DNA of 64,000 nucleotides from a virus. Taxonomy: Duplodnaviria; Caudoviricetes. Position numbers and translations under genes: made by a program. Positions 10,153 through 19,881 of the stretch are shown in pieces. The stretch is from positions 256,001 to 320,000 of IMG/VR virus record IMGVR_UViG_3300021431_000075; one strand, 5' to 3'. How positions within the stretch are numbered: the first letter of the stretch is position 1; each line of letters starts with the position of its first letter. The notes below the pieces were generated by a model that worked only from the letters and a program-made list of their open reading frames with translations, searched no databases and was not told the origin of the DNA.

Positions 10153-10525
10153 TTTTGCTGTCCCTTATGAATCTCAAGTCGTCAAGCTCTTTCCTTGTCA
10201 CGAACACCAGCCTGTCCCCAATGCTGTACTTGGAGCCGGTAGTGTAGAATGTCACACTCATGGTATGCATTTTGTCGCTATTGTCGAAGTATGAATTCTT
10301 CGCCGTGTTCTTGACTATTTGTGTGCAGAAGTCGTCTATGCCGGAATATTCGGCATTCGTCACGATGAATTCCGGTTCAACCACCCGGATGTTGCTTCCG
10401 TTCTTCGGTCTGCTGTTAATCATGGGATTCCTGCTCGACCTTCTTTCTATCAAGATTCCACAGAGGAATGAAAACAGGACTGCGACCACGAGTATCACTA
10501 TGAACATCAGTGTTGAAATTTCCAT
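10136..10525 (-). CDS. Membrane-anchored protein, paralog of 10859..11191
   Basis: N-terminal TM segment; shared ER...EPEFIV...KNT...FYT. Confidence 0.7.
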   Translation of the reverse strand: MEISTLMFIVILVVAVLFSFLCGILIERRSSRNPMINSRPKNGSNIRVVEPEFIVTNAEYSGIDDFCTQIVKNTAKNSYFDNSDKMHTMSVTFYTTGSKYSIGDRLVFVTRKELDDLRFIRDSKNGKQS

Positions 10526-10551
10526 ATCGCTATTTTTATTGGTGTTTATAA

Positions 10552-10893
10552 TCACTTGTTCGTATCTTTGCCGTCAACCCGAATGACGAAATCGTTGATG
10601 CCGACGGTTCCGTCTGTTACGGTCCTTTCATCATCATCGCCACTGCTCGACTGTTCAATTTCATCCGTATGGTTCTCGATGGACTTGGTCTCGGCAGTTG
10701 AGTCGAGCGCTTTGGAACGGTTCTTTTTATCGTCATGGAAAATTAATGTCATGACAGATGAAATGCTTATTAGGCATACGGAACAGATAGTCACATAAAG
10801 AATAAAGTCTAACATATCGGGACCGACAGTCACATAAAGAATAAAGTCTAACATGTCACTACAGTTTGTTCCGTGTAAGATATATGCGTTCAT
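10552..10893 (-). CDS. Small membrane protein with an internal duplication (DMLDFILYVT x2)
   Basis: Direct repeat with 39-bp period at ~10788-10856. Confidence 0.55.
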   Translation of the reverse strand: MNAYILHGTNCSDMLDFILYVTVGPDMLDFILYVTICSVCLISISSVMTLIFHDDKKNRSKALDSTAETKSIENHTDEIEQSSSGDDDERTVTDGTVGINDFVIRVDGKDTNK

Positions 10894-11191
10894 CAGGATT
10901 GAACTTGTTCTCGTTCGTATAGAACACGTAATGGTACCGGTGGTAGTTTCCGTTTGAATCGTAGAAATGACACAAGACCGTGTTCTTTATATAGGTCGTG
11001 TCATTTGCATTTTTCACTCTTTCTGTCTTCTCTACGATGAACTCGGGTTCCTTCAGGCAAACTCCCATCGGCATCGAATTGAAACTGCGTACTCGGTTGG
11101 ACACCCGTTCAACCAACACTCCAATCCCAAACATGATTGCCGAGATTACGACCATGAAAAAAATCAAACTTGTCATATTGTCAATTGCCAT
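10859..11191 (-). CDS. Membrane-anchored protein, paralog of 10136..10525
   Basis: N-terminal TM segment; EPEFIV, KNT, FYT. Confidence 0.7.
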   Translation of the reverse strand: MAIDNMTSLIFFMVVISAIMFGIGVLVERVSNRVRSFNSMPMGVCLKEPEFIVEKTERVKNANDTTYIKNTVLCHFYDSNGNYHRYHYVFYTNENKFNPDERIYLTRNKL

Positions 11192-11546
11192 AATAATACT
11201 TTTTTGATTTGCCGTATCTTAGAAAATGCCTCTCATTCTCAACCGTGATTCTGCCGACGCTCTCCCACTCCGGATCTCCGAGAGCATAGTCAGCGGAATG
11301 ATCCTCGTCTATGTCGATACCTATCCTTTCCAAGCGTTCCGGATGGTCGATGTTGTAGCGCTTGAAGTATCCCTTGTCCCTGCGTTTCTGGTTCCAGTAC
11401 TTGTCCTTGCAGAACGTGGAGCAGAAAGCCTGCTGGTAAGACTTCTTGGTGAACTTATTTCCGCATACAGGACATACGAGTTCATTTCCAACCGAAGCCT
11501 GCTTGTTCAGGTCGTATCGTTTTATCTTTTCCTTCTTTCTGTTCAT
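11181..11546 (-). CDS. Zinc-finger protein
   Basis: CPVCG...FCSTFC. Confidence 0.7.
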   Translation of the reverse strand: MNRKKEKIKRYDLNKQASVGNELVCPVCGNKFTKKSYQQAFCSTFCKDKYWNQKRRDKGYFKRYNIDHPERLERIGIDIDEDHSADYALGDPEWESVGRITVENERHFLRYGKSKKYYYGN

Positions 11547-11586
11547 TTTGATTGAAAGTTTAATGATTCAACAAATAAACCGGTTT

Positions 11587-12519
11587 TCAATCCTTAACCT
11601 TGGCTGTCTTCTTTCTGCTTCGCATACGCACATCCAGTTTCCCGGCAAGATTGAATTTGTTGATATAGTACCAGATTACGTTTCTGGACGGAAGATACTT
11701 TATGAAAGACAAATTTTCATCATGCTGATGTTCGTCCATTATCTCTTCACAAACGAAAAGTGTAAGTTCGTCAATGGTAGGATTCTTGCCAATCTTTTTC
11801 ACATAGTTGTCTATATATTTGGACATCTGTTGATTGCTGAACCTTTCCGCTCTGAATCTATTGTTAGAATTCAACTTGCTGTCCTTGTTGCGGTTCAGGC
11901 AAAAGTCCATGCTGATGTTATCGCCTACATATGTACGGACCGTAAAATTCCTATTCTTGAATATGGATTCATAAACAGCATTGCAAGTATTTTCAATCTT
12001 CTTGGTTGTAAACGGTTCATATGCAAACTTACCATTCTCGTTGTATGTAATGCTGTTGTTTATATGTTCCAGAAGTTTGCAGCAAATTAGTTTCAGTACG
12101 TATAAGACATCTTCTTTGGATTCATTCTGTAGTTGATTGTAAATGCAGATGCACTGATACTTCAATGCATTGAATACAGTAACATTTGTTGCAGGATTGG
12201 ATGCATTGAGTCTTGTTGCAGGATTGGATGCATTGAGACTGTTCTTATTACATTTGGATGAATCGAATGGAAATATGTCTTTGAAAAAGACTTTACCGCA
12301 CTTCTGACAAAAGTCGAACAACTTTGTACATTCAATTATTTCTTGACGCTGCATCCTATTGACATCAATCTTACAAATCTTCTTTATTGCTTCAGCATCA
12401 TTATTTGCCGAGTTGATTTGTTTAAATCGTTCAACAAATACTGCATCTTGCGACTTGAGATACATACAAATGCATTTTTTGAAATCTTCTCTTCTAAAAA
12501 TCAATTCTGTTACTTTCAT
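11587..12519 (-). CDS. AT-rich basic protein (310 aa), possible DNA-binding protein
   Basis: Internal LNASNPAT duplication; basic, helical-looking C-terminus; own TAnnTTTG promoter at 12556-12563. Confidence 0.65.
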   Translation of the reverse strand: MKVTELIFRREDFKKCICMYLKSQDAVFVERFKQINSANNDAEAIKKICKIDVNRMQRQEIIECTKLFDFCQKCGKVFFKDIFPFDSSKCNKNSLNASNPATRLNASNPATNVTVFNALKYQCICIYNQLQNESKEDVLYVLKLICCKLLEHINNSITYNENGKFAYEPFTTKKIENTCNAVYESIFKNRNFTVRTYVGDNISMDFCLNRNKDSKLNSNNRFRAERFSNQQMSKYIDNYVKKIGKNPTIDELTLFVCEEIMDEHQHDENLSFIKYLPSRNVIWYYINKFNLAGKLDVRMRSRKKTAKVKD

Positions 12520-12884
12520 TTAGCGTAATAAATTTATCTTTTTATAAAACTGCGGCAAAATTATAAAAATAAATTATAACAACAAAATATTTTCTTGTTT
12601 TTTTATCAAATAAAATTGTTTTCATCAAATAAAATTGTTCGTTCTAACAGAAACTGAAAACCAGTAATACAATTTTAATCTATGTGGTTCTTATCATCAA
12701 GTACGATCATTTCTATGCATTGTAAATGATAGAACTTTGTAACTTAATTTGGAAATACCAGTCGAATGCTGTAAGGATTTAAAGTAACAAACTTCTTACA
12801 AATAAACTTCTTACTAAGTGTCATTTTGTAAGGTTTCTTACAGTTTGAAGAAATTTATAACGTATGGCTGTTCAGAACTCTGTG

Positions 12885-13348
12885 ACTTAAATTCGAAAAC
12901 AACAAACGAATGCTGTATGGATTTAAAGTAGCAAGGAAATAACAGGTTGCATCCGGTTTGTTTTCATAGTTTTGAAGTTGTATGTTTCAACCATATAGAA
13001 ACCGAGTCTAAAAAGGCTTCAAATTTGAGCCGTACGGCTTTTTTGCATTCGGTATGTGCATTTCTATGCTGTAAGGTTGTTTTGGACCACAGAACTTAAA
13101 TTTGAAAGACTTCAATCGAATGCTTTATGGATTTAAAGTAAGCAGACTATAATATTGCAAAGAAATAACAGGTTACTTCAGGTTTGTTTTTCATAGTTTG
13201 AATAAACAATGCTTGAAGTTGTATGTTTCAACTTATGTAGAAACCAAGTCCAAAAAGGCTTCAAATTTGAGCCGTACGGCTTTTTTGCATTCGGTATGCA
13301 TATTTCTATGCTGTAAGGTTGTTTTGGACCACAGAACTTAAATTTGAA
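12885..13348. repeat. Tandem ~240-bp imperfect direct repeat (2 copies plus a partial third near 12730-12790)
   Basis: aaaaggcttcaaatttgagccgtacggcttttttgcattcggtatg occurs at ~13011 and ~13253. Confidence 0.9.
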
Positions 13349-13414
13349 GATAGTGAGCAATGGTTATCTTGGAATGCATAGAAATCTTACAGCATAGTTT
13401 GATTATGCTTATTT

Positions 13415-13866
13415 AGGAATCTTAACATAGACAATCAAGTTCTTGAACAAACGTGCTGCGTGTCGGAACGACATGCAGCACCACATTCGACAGGGACGCC
13501 CTGCGTCCGTCGGATGTGCTAAACTTAATTCTAATAAGCATTGAAACTGCATGCTTGAATCCGAGCGATTGTTACATTGAATCCAAGCGATTGCTATAAG
13601 TATATGTTTGAATGTGCAAATGAAACCTTACTCATAAGGAATCTTAACATAGACAAGCAAGTTCTTGAACAAACGTGCTGCGTGTCGGAACGACATGCAG
13701 CACCACATTCGACAGGGACGCCCTGCGTCCGTCGGATGTGCCAAACTTAATTCTAAATTTAAATTTTAATTAAGCATTGAAACTACGCGTTTGAATCCGA
13801 GCGATTGCTACTTTGAATCCGAGCGAGTTCGATAAGCATATGTTTGAATGTGCAAATGAATCCTTA
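13415..13866. repeat. Tandem ~222-bp direct repeat carrying a double GC-rich hairpin
   Basis: Identical 66-nt double hairpin at 13453-13518 and 13675-13740. Confidence 0.9.
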
Positions 13867-13880
13867 AACAAATTTCTTTA

Positions 13881-14206
13881 CTAAGACTGAGATGCTAAGA
13901 GTGAGATGACTTCGTTAAGACTGGGATGACTTTTCCATCCGAAACAATCCACATTTTTGCTAAGACTGAGATGCTAAGACTGAGATTAAAATTGAACCGT
14001 ACTTTTTATTTTTTTCTTTTTTTGTTTTGTGTGGTGTTTTTAACAGTTTAAAAGTTTATATTACTTTTAACTGTTTAACCTACTTTTAAACTTTTAAAAG
14101 CATGCCGAAAAACAGAACTTGTACGAAACTCACATAAAACTCAAATGCACAAATAAGACTAATATAAAACTAACTAAAAACTAACTAAAAACTAACTAAA
14201 AACTAA
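13881..14206. repeat. Short iteron-like repeats (CTAAGACTGAGATG ~5x; AAAACTAACTA ~3.7x) flanking a T-rich tract
   Basis: Seen at 13881-13987 and 14166-14206. Confidence 0.85.
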
Positions 14207-14328
14207 GATAGTCAAAAGGGCTGAAAAAAAATAACAAATGAGATGGATTTCTATCCAGAATCCGAACCATTTTAAACATAAAATCGGTTCTTTATGTCCA
14301 AAGAACCGACAAGAAAATTATCCAAAAA

Positions 14329-14559
14329 TTAGAGAATGATCTCGAACTCATCCACATCCGGAAGGACTGCAAGTCCGCCCCAAGTTCCATGCAACTGACC
14401 TGCGTCGTCGATGTACTCAATCTCTCCTGTTTTTCCGTTGTAGTTTTGAGCCTGTGTGTCTTTTCCGCCACAATCATCCATATGGATTATCCTGATCGTA
14501 TCCCCGACACGCGGAGTCTCGACGCTCTCCTTGATGAGTTTCTTCCTTCTTACTTTCAT
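14329..14559 (-). CDS. DUF4314-like small protein
   Basis: VGDTIRIIHMDD...GEIEYIDDAGQLHGTWGGLAVLPDVD; TATAAATA box at 14587-14594; N-terminal LIKES. Confidence 0.75.
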   Translation of the reverse strand: MKVRRKKLIKESVETPRVGDTIRIIHMDDCGGKDTQAQNYNGKTGEIEYIDDAGQLHGTWGGLAVLPDVDEFEIIL

Positions 14560-14607
14560 GATAAATCTGTCCAGTTTATTATAAGATATTTATATTTCCG
14601 CGTTCCA

Positions 14608-14645
14608 TAAAAAAAGAAACCGCACTCATCACGAGCGCGGATTCT
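14608..14645 (-). terminator. Rho-independent terminator
   Basis: ccgc...gcgg stem followed by a U-run on the minus strand, after 14666..15292. Confidence 0.65.
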
Positions 14646-14665
14646 ACAAAATGGCATTATCACTT

Positions 14666-15292
14666 CTATGCGCCGGCAGCAGCCAGCTTGTATCTTGTTC
14701 CGTCGATGACCACCCATTCAAGGCTGTTGAACGACACGTTCTTCACCATCACCTGACGTTCCTCGCCAAGCCCGGCTTCAGCCTGCTTCTTGGAGCCTTT
14801 CTTCACCTGCTCGAACTGCTCGATGATTGAGAGCTGCTCCGGGTCCGCATACTTGCCGTCCACAGAGTAGATGACGTCAACCTCCTCAGGGTCCACCGCG
14901 TTGTAGTACCTGATGTAGTATCCCTTGGTCTCCTGGCCGGTTTTCTTGTCCTTCTTCGTATGGACGATGAGCCTGCCCTCCGCGCCATCGACCCAGTGTC
15001 CCCAAGGAAGCACGCTGTCCGTGAAAGGCTTCAGCAGCTCGTCAGGGCTGACAGTGCCGTCGCAGCTGTTCCTTACCGCTTCCTCCACCCTCTTTGTATA
15101 GGAGCTGCCGTACATGAACTTTCCGACAGTGTTCTTGGTTACCTTATGTGTAACCAGAGGATTGTCAGTCTTGTTCATCTTGACCTCGGTGACGATGTTC
15201 ATACGGATTGAGTCCGAATTTTTCTGGTTCTTGATGATTCGAACCAGTTCTTCTGCGGTTACCACCACAGTTGGAATTTTCTTAGTGTCCAT
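14666..15292 (-). CDS. Hypothetical phage protein (208 aa)
   Basis: Own TAnnTTTG promoter (15338-15345) and terminator; LPWGHW motif. Confidence 0.8.
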   Translation of the reverse strand: MDTKKIPTVVVTAEELVRIIKNQKNSDSIRMNIVTEVKMNKTDNPLVTHKVTKNTVGKFMYGSSYTKRVEEAVRNSCDGTVSPDELLKPFTDSVLPWGHWVDGAEGRLIVHTKKDKKTGQETKGYYIRYYNAVDPEEVDVIYSVDGKYADPEQLSIIEQFEQVKKGSKKQAEAGLGEERQVMVKNVSFNSLEWVVIDGTRYKLAAAGA

Positions 15293-15417
15293 AGTCTATT
15301 GCTTTTTAGTTGATACTGCTTTGATTGTTTCTTTATGCAAATATAGGAATAAAAAACGAGCCGGGCAACATTCCGGCTCGATTTCTTTCCTACTTTAACA
15401 CAGTTTAACGAACGGAC

Positions 15418-15702
15418 TCACAACAACCCGTTTTCTTTGCAGAACTTAACAAAATCACGGTACGAGACTTCGGAGACTTCCATGTCCTCTCCGTAGTCGA
15501 ACGGTTCAAGAACTTCCTCGATGCTGTCCATGAAGCCCCGGATGTCGAGGTACTTTCCGTCCCTAATCAAGCAGGCATGGCACAGGCACACGCTCTCGAT
15601 GTCATAGTCGTAGTCCGTGATGAGACAGACAGTGTCGCCTTTCTTATAGTTGTCCAGAACGAACTGGTGGCAGTAACCGTGCAGCAAATCTTCCTTATCC
15701 AT
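15418..15702 (-). CDS. Hypothetical protein
   Basis: LHGYCHQF...YLDIRG. Confidence 0.7.
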   Translation of the reverse strand: MDKEDLLHGYCHQFVLDNYKKGDTVCLITDYDYDIESVCLCHACLIRDGKYLDIRGFMDSIEEVLEPFDYGEDMEVSEVSYRDFVKFCKENGLL

Positions 15703-16140
15703 ATATGATTTAAAGATATTACATTATATGATATTTAACTGTCCGGACGGATGATAATCCAAAATATCTTGTGACGACATCAAACCGTCGGAACCGATAT
15801 TTAATTATCGGCGGATATTTAAATATCCGGCACCGTTGAATGTCGCAAGGAACCGGATATTGCATTATCAGAGCCACCGCAGGTCTCTTTAGACATAGAA
15901 ACTTCTACGGATTTCCGTCACGAACGGAAACAAGTCCATCCTGATCTTGGTTCTATTGTCCATAGTCTGTCGACTCGATGGTCATCAGAGCCTTTACCGC
16001 CGCTGCAAGGACGATGCATATAACAAATTCCATCATGGTCTTGCTGTTTTTGAAGTTAATGAACCGAGTTTCTCATTTCCTAACCGGTTCCGGCAAGAGT
16101 CCGTCCGCGGTTCAGCGGATTTCCCCTTGCCGGACCTTCC

Positions 16141-16911
16141 CTATTTGGCTGAACGCGAGTAAGTCTTGTTGAGTTTCTCAATGGACTGCTTGATCTGGAG
16201 CACGTACTTGCTGATGTCTCTTTTCTTCAGCACTTCCGTGTTTCCGCGGATGTTCTTGAATCTTCCGCACACGTCGAACGCGAAAGATAGGAACTGGCTG
16301 TCCATGTGAGGAGGAACCCACACGTCGCTTCTGCAGATGAAGATGATGTCCGGCTTGAACTTCGGGTTCGCCTTGCGGAACTCCGAGATGCTCCTGAACC
16401 TCGGTCTTCCTTCCAGAATCCCCGGCTTCTTGCCTGCCGCGTCCCATCCGCAGTCGGAAGTCACCCAGTCGTACTCGAGAGTGAACTCGCGGTCAAGGAA
16501 GTTCACCCAGTTTCCACAGTTCAACTCTCTGTTCCTGCCATTGCCATATGCGTCATGGTGAAAGTCCAAGTTCACGACCCGGACAGCGTCCAGTTCACCG
16601 ATGTTTTCCTTTATGAACCCATGGATATGCATGTGCGAGTTCGTTATCAGGACCGGAACGCTCCTGCGCTGCTTCATGAGGAACTTCCAGACCTCGAACA
16701 GCTCGTCCGAGTTGCAGGAGACCTTTGCTATCTCCCTGGATGAGTACTCGCACGCAAGCCTTGAAGCCCACACGTAGTCTGATACCCCGATGAACTGCTC
16801 TGTTCCGTCTGGGAACGAAGCGAGGGGACCCGTGTCGTCGTCCTTGAACTTCATGAAGTAGTCGTAGTCGATAGACAAGACATTGAGTGTTTTCTTGGAT
16901 GTGGTTTCCAT
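16141..16911 (-). CDS. UPF0489/arginase-deacetylase-fold putative metallohydrolase
   Basis: LSIDYDYF, NSHMH, NLDFHHD, NCGNWV, ICRSDVWVPP. Confidence 0.75.
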   Translation of the reverse strand: METTSKKTLNVLSIDYDYFMKFKDDDTGPLASFPDGTEQFIGVSDYVWASRLACEYSSREIAKVSCNSDELFEVWKFLMKQRRSVPVLITNSHMHIHGFIKENIGELDAVRVVNLDFHHDAYGNGRNRELNCGNWVNFLDREFTLEYDWVTSDCGWDAAGKKPGILEGRPRFRSISEFRKANPKFKPDIIFICRSDVWVPPHMDSQFLSFAFDVCGRFKNIRGNTEVLKKRDISKYVLQIKQSIEKLNKTYSRSAK

Positions 16912-16944
16912 ATGCGTTATGTTGTTGACATCAGATTGCATAGT

Positions 16945-17271
16945 TTAATATATGAACCCGTAGTTCTTTCCATAGAAGCCGAAGTTAGTGGCGGGTATGT
17001 CCTTTCCGGTCTTGCTTGCGGTTCCGTCCTTCTTGACAGGGTTGCAAACGATGTAAATCATAGAGAATGAGATCTTGACCTCTTTGTAGAAGACTTCTTC
17101 GCCGCTGCCAGTCGTAATCTTATCGCCCGGCTTTATGTTCATCACTTCCTCGAATTTGGCTTGTGCCGCTTCGCGGTATTCATCCCAACATTGGCTGAGT
17201 TGCTTTTGCTTCTCGATGATTTCGCGTTCGATTGTTTTGATTTCTGTTCTGATATCACTTATCGGTTTCAT
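16945..17271 (-). CDS. Hypothetical protein
   Basis: ORF; KKDGTASK motif. Confidence 0.7.
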   Translation of the reverse strand: MKPISDIRTEIKTIEREIIEKQKQLSQCWDEYREAAQAKFEEVMNIKPGDKITTGSGEEVFYKEVKISFSMIYIVCNPVKKDGTASKTGKDIPATNFGFYGKNYGFIY

Positions 17272-17304
17272 AATCTATTGATTTATAGTGAGCAAATATT
17301 TGGT

Positions 17305-17484
17305 TTATTGGATGTTTTCTATGAACCACTTGGCAGCATCCTCGGCTTCCTTCCTTGTGCTCCACTTCTGGTTTCCGTGCTCGTCGACCACGTCGTCGTC
17401 GCCGACCTTCGCGTAGATGTGGAATCCGTCCTTCCATGAAATCAGGCGGATGTTCTGCTGCTGTTGCTGGTTCTTGTTGTCCAT
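17305..17484 (-). CDS. Small hypothetical protein (59 aa, MDNKNQQQQQNIRLISWKDGFHIYAK...), not in the ORF track
   Basis: Manual translation; more protein-like than the overlapping 17255..17521 ORF. Confidence 0.6.
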   Translation of the reverse strand: MDNKNQQQQQNIRLISWKDGFHIYAKVGDDDVVDEHGNQKWSTRKEAEDAAKWFIENIQ

Positions 17485-17566
17485 GAACTGATGATTTGGT
17501 TAAAACAGAGAGCGGCTCCATGACAGAATGTCATAAACAGTCCGTAATGAAAACCGCTTTATCCTG

Positions 17567-17776
17567 TCATACACGGTCGCTTGCGATGAGCGTCACTTGG
17601 TTTCCATATCCCGGCTTCACATATAGATAGCTGTCGTGCTCAGCCAAGACTTCGATCCCGTTGAAATTGTCTTCCGTGAGACGGAACTCCTTGCCGGTCT
17701 TGTCCGAGACCTTGAGCACTTTCGCGTCCTCTATCACGGTCTCGTTGCCGTTCTTGTCCCTTATCTTTATTTTCAT
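17567..17776 (-). CDS. Hypothetical protein
   Basis: ORF in operon. Confidence 0.65.
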   Translation of the reverse strand: MKIKIRDKNGNETVIEDAKVLKVSDKTGKEFRLTEDNFNGIEVLAEHDSYLYVKPGYGNQVTLIASDRV

Positions 17777-17799
17777 TTTATTGTTGTTTTAATGGTGAG

Positions 17800-18096
17800 T
17801 CACTTGATGTCTATATTCACATAGCTTTTTCTCTCAGGGTAGCCGGTCTCGATGTCGCATGGCCTGTAGCAAACCGTGATTTCGTTTCCGCAGTTCATGC
17901 ACCTGTACGTGTGGTACTCCTTGGTTCCGTGAACCTCGATGCGGGTGCAGTACATACCTCCGCCGCACCGGCACTCCTGCTCGTACAGTACGCTGTCCGA
18001 TTCGCCGACCTTCTTGGTTTCCCTGACAAGGGAGTAGATAGAATATGCCCCGCTTGACACGAGAATGAACAGGCAGATGATTCCGAACGTATTCAT
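17800..18096 (-). CDS. Membrane-anchored zinc-ribbon protein
   Basis: N-terminal TM segment; CRCG and CMNC. Confidence 0.65.
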   Translation of the reverse strand: MNTFGIICLFILVSSGAYSIYSLVRETKKVGESDSVLYEQECRCGGGMYCTRIEVHGTKEYHTYRCMNCGNEITVCYRPCDIETGYPERKSYVNIDIK

Positions 18097-18374
18097 GGTC
18101 TTTGCATTTTAGAATAGAAGATTGATAAAATCCACAACAATCTCGATGAGCCAGAGGATGAACATGACTGCGAGGTAGCCCGCGAAACCGCAAGCGATGA
18201 TTACAAGGATAGAAGTTAACATAGTCTTGAATTATTAAGAGATTTGACATTTGATTTTTTGTACCGCAAAGATATAGAGTCCGTTCGAACCGTGCAAATA
18301 TTCAGGCGACTTTCTTTCTTATTTTAACACAGTTTAACGAACGGACTCTCAATCCGGCAACTTGTTAGGATTCG

Positions 18375-19721
18375 TTAGGCGAAATCCTTCAGAACTTCCG
18401 GGCTTGCTGACCTGATTTCATCCAGCAGTTCCTTCCTGCTTGCGAGAGGGTTCCTGTACGCGATGCCAAGGGCGTACCTGAGCCACTGTCCGACTTCCGG
18501 GCATCTTCCGATGCTCCTGACTTCCATGACATCGTCTCCGCTCACCGGGAGCCTGTACCCGAACATGGATGTCCCGTTCCTGAAATCTTCATCGCATTCC
18601 CTGATGATTTCGCTGACAGCCAGCTCGTCCGGCAATATGTTCCTTGTCGTTGCAAGAGCGACCTCGCACAACGCGAGCCACAGTTCCCTGCCGAGCCGGA
18701 ACTGCATTCTGTGCAGGGACGCGCTGTCCGTGATGAGCATGAAGTCCGGATATGCATCCATCAGCCGCGCGACCATGTCCATCGTGAACTTCGGAAACTT
18801 CAGATTGTCAAGGACGCGCCTCGCGTTCTCCGGACTCGTGCGGCCGGTGAACAATGTCGCAAGAGCCACGTGTTCCGGAACGGAACTGTTGCTGTTCTCG
18901 TCAAACACCTCGTATCTTTCTGCAAGGACCTGCTGCTCCTTGATGATGTCATCCCACTGCCCGTCCTGTATGTCAAGTCCCCTGAACACGTACGGAAAGA
19001 CCCCGTACTCGTTGAGCATCTTCAATGCGGTCGCGAAGTCGATTCTTATCATCTTGCACAGTTCGTCATGGACGCGCTCCCTCGACACGATGTCCAGTCG
19101 GAACGCGTTCTTCCTCATTCCGTCTGCTGTCTCCTTCGATATGGTCCAGTGTCCGGCATCCGGAATCCTGTTCAGCCTGCAGAAGAACCTTATGCACCTG
19201 AGGATTCTCAACGGGTCGTCGTCATATACGATATCCGCGTCGGAAGGAGTCCTGAGAATGCACATTCTGCTGTCCGGAATCCCGAGACCGGACGGATCGT
19301 GGACGGAGCCGTCGGATACCGAGTAGTACAGGGCGTTGATGGTCAGGTCCCTCCTCATGCAGTCATCCTCTATGGTTCCGAACGACGTGGACGGCTTCCT
19401 TGACGTCCTGTCATACTTCTCCTTTCTTGTCTGCACGCTCTCGATCTCGATTTCCGGATGCGACGAGAGCCTGAACATCGCTGTTCCGTATGCCGGATAC
19501 GTGACCACGCTCATCGCAAGCAGCCCGTTGTTCTCAAGCCACTCAGCAAAGCGGATTCCGCCGTCGTTGAGATTGACCACCAAGTCGATGTCCTTGATTT
19601 CCTGCTCCATCATCAGGTCCCTTACAGCCCCGCCCACGCAGAATACATGGTTCTCAAACTCTGTTCCGCTGATGATGTCCCTAATCCGGTTCATCAGATT
19701 GTAAAATTGATACTCGTTCAT
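18375..19721 (-). CDS. cca: CCA-adding enzyme / poly(A) polymerase family nucleotidyltransferase
   Basis: VGGAVRD, DID, RRDLTINA, DDPLRILRCIRF, SRERVHDEL. Confidence 0.9.
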   Translation of the reverse strand: MNEYQFYNLMNRIRDIISGTEFENHVFCVGGAVRDLMMEQEIKDIDLVVNLNDGGIRFAEWLENNGLLAMSVVTYPAYGTAMFRLSSHPEIEIESVQTRKEKYDRTSRKPSTSFGTIEDDCMRRDLTINALYYSVSDGSVHDPSGLGIPDSRMCILRTPSDADIVYDDDPLRILRCIRFFCRLNRIPDAGHWTISKETADGMRKNAFRLDIVSRERVHDELCKMIRIDFATALKMLNEYGVFPYVFRGLDIQDGQWDDIIKEQQVLAERYEVFDENSNSSVPEHVALATLFTGRTSPENARRVLDNLKFPKFTMDMVARLMDAYPDFMLITDSASLHRMQFRLGRELWLALCEVALATTRNILPDELAVSEIIRECDEDFRNGTSMFGYRLPVSGDDVMEVRSIGRCPEVGQWLRYALGIAYRNPLASRKELLDEIRSASPEVLKDFA

Positions 19722-19881
19722 TGTAAGTCTATGTTTGGTTGATTGTGCAAATATAGGAATTATTTCTCAACGGCAGTTGCAACTTGCTGTGTTTTAACAG
19801 TATTTAACTAAAAACGGAACGCAAACCGACAAGATGTTGCGTTCCGCTGATTAGTTATCTGGATAAGATGGGGTTGCAGTT

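Noticed and set aside
12700-14210. CRISPR array
   Set aside because: The repeats are long tandem duplications or abutting short units without unique spacers of constant length; the same applies to 35728-35918.
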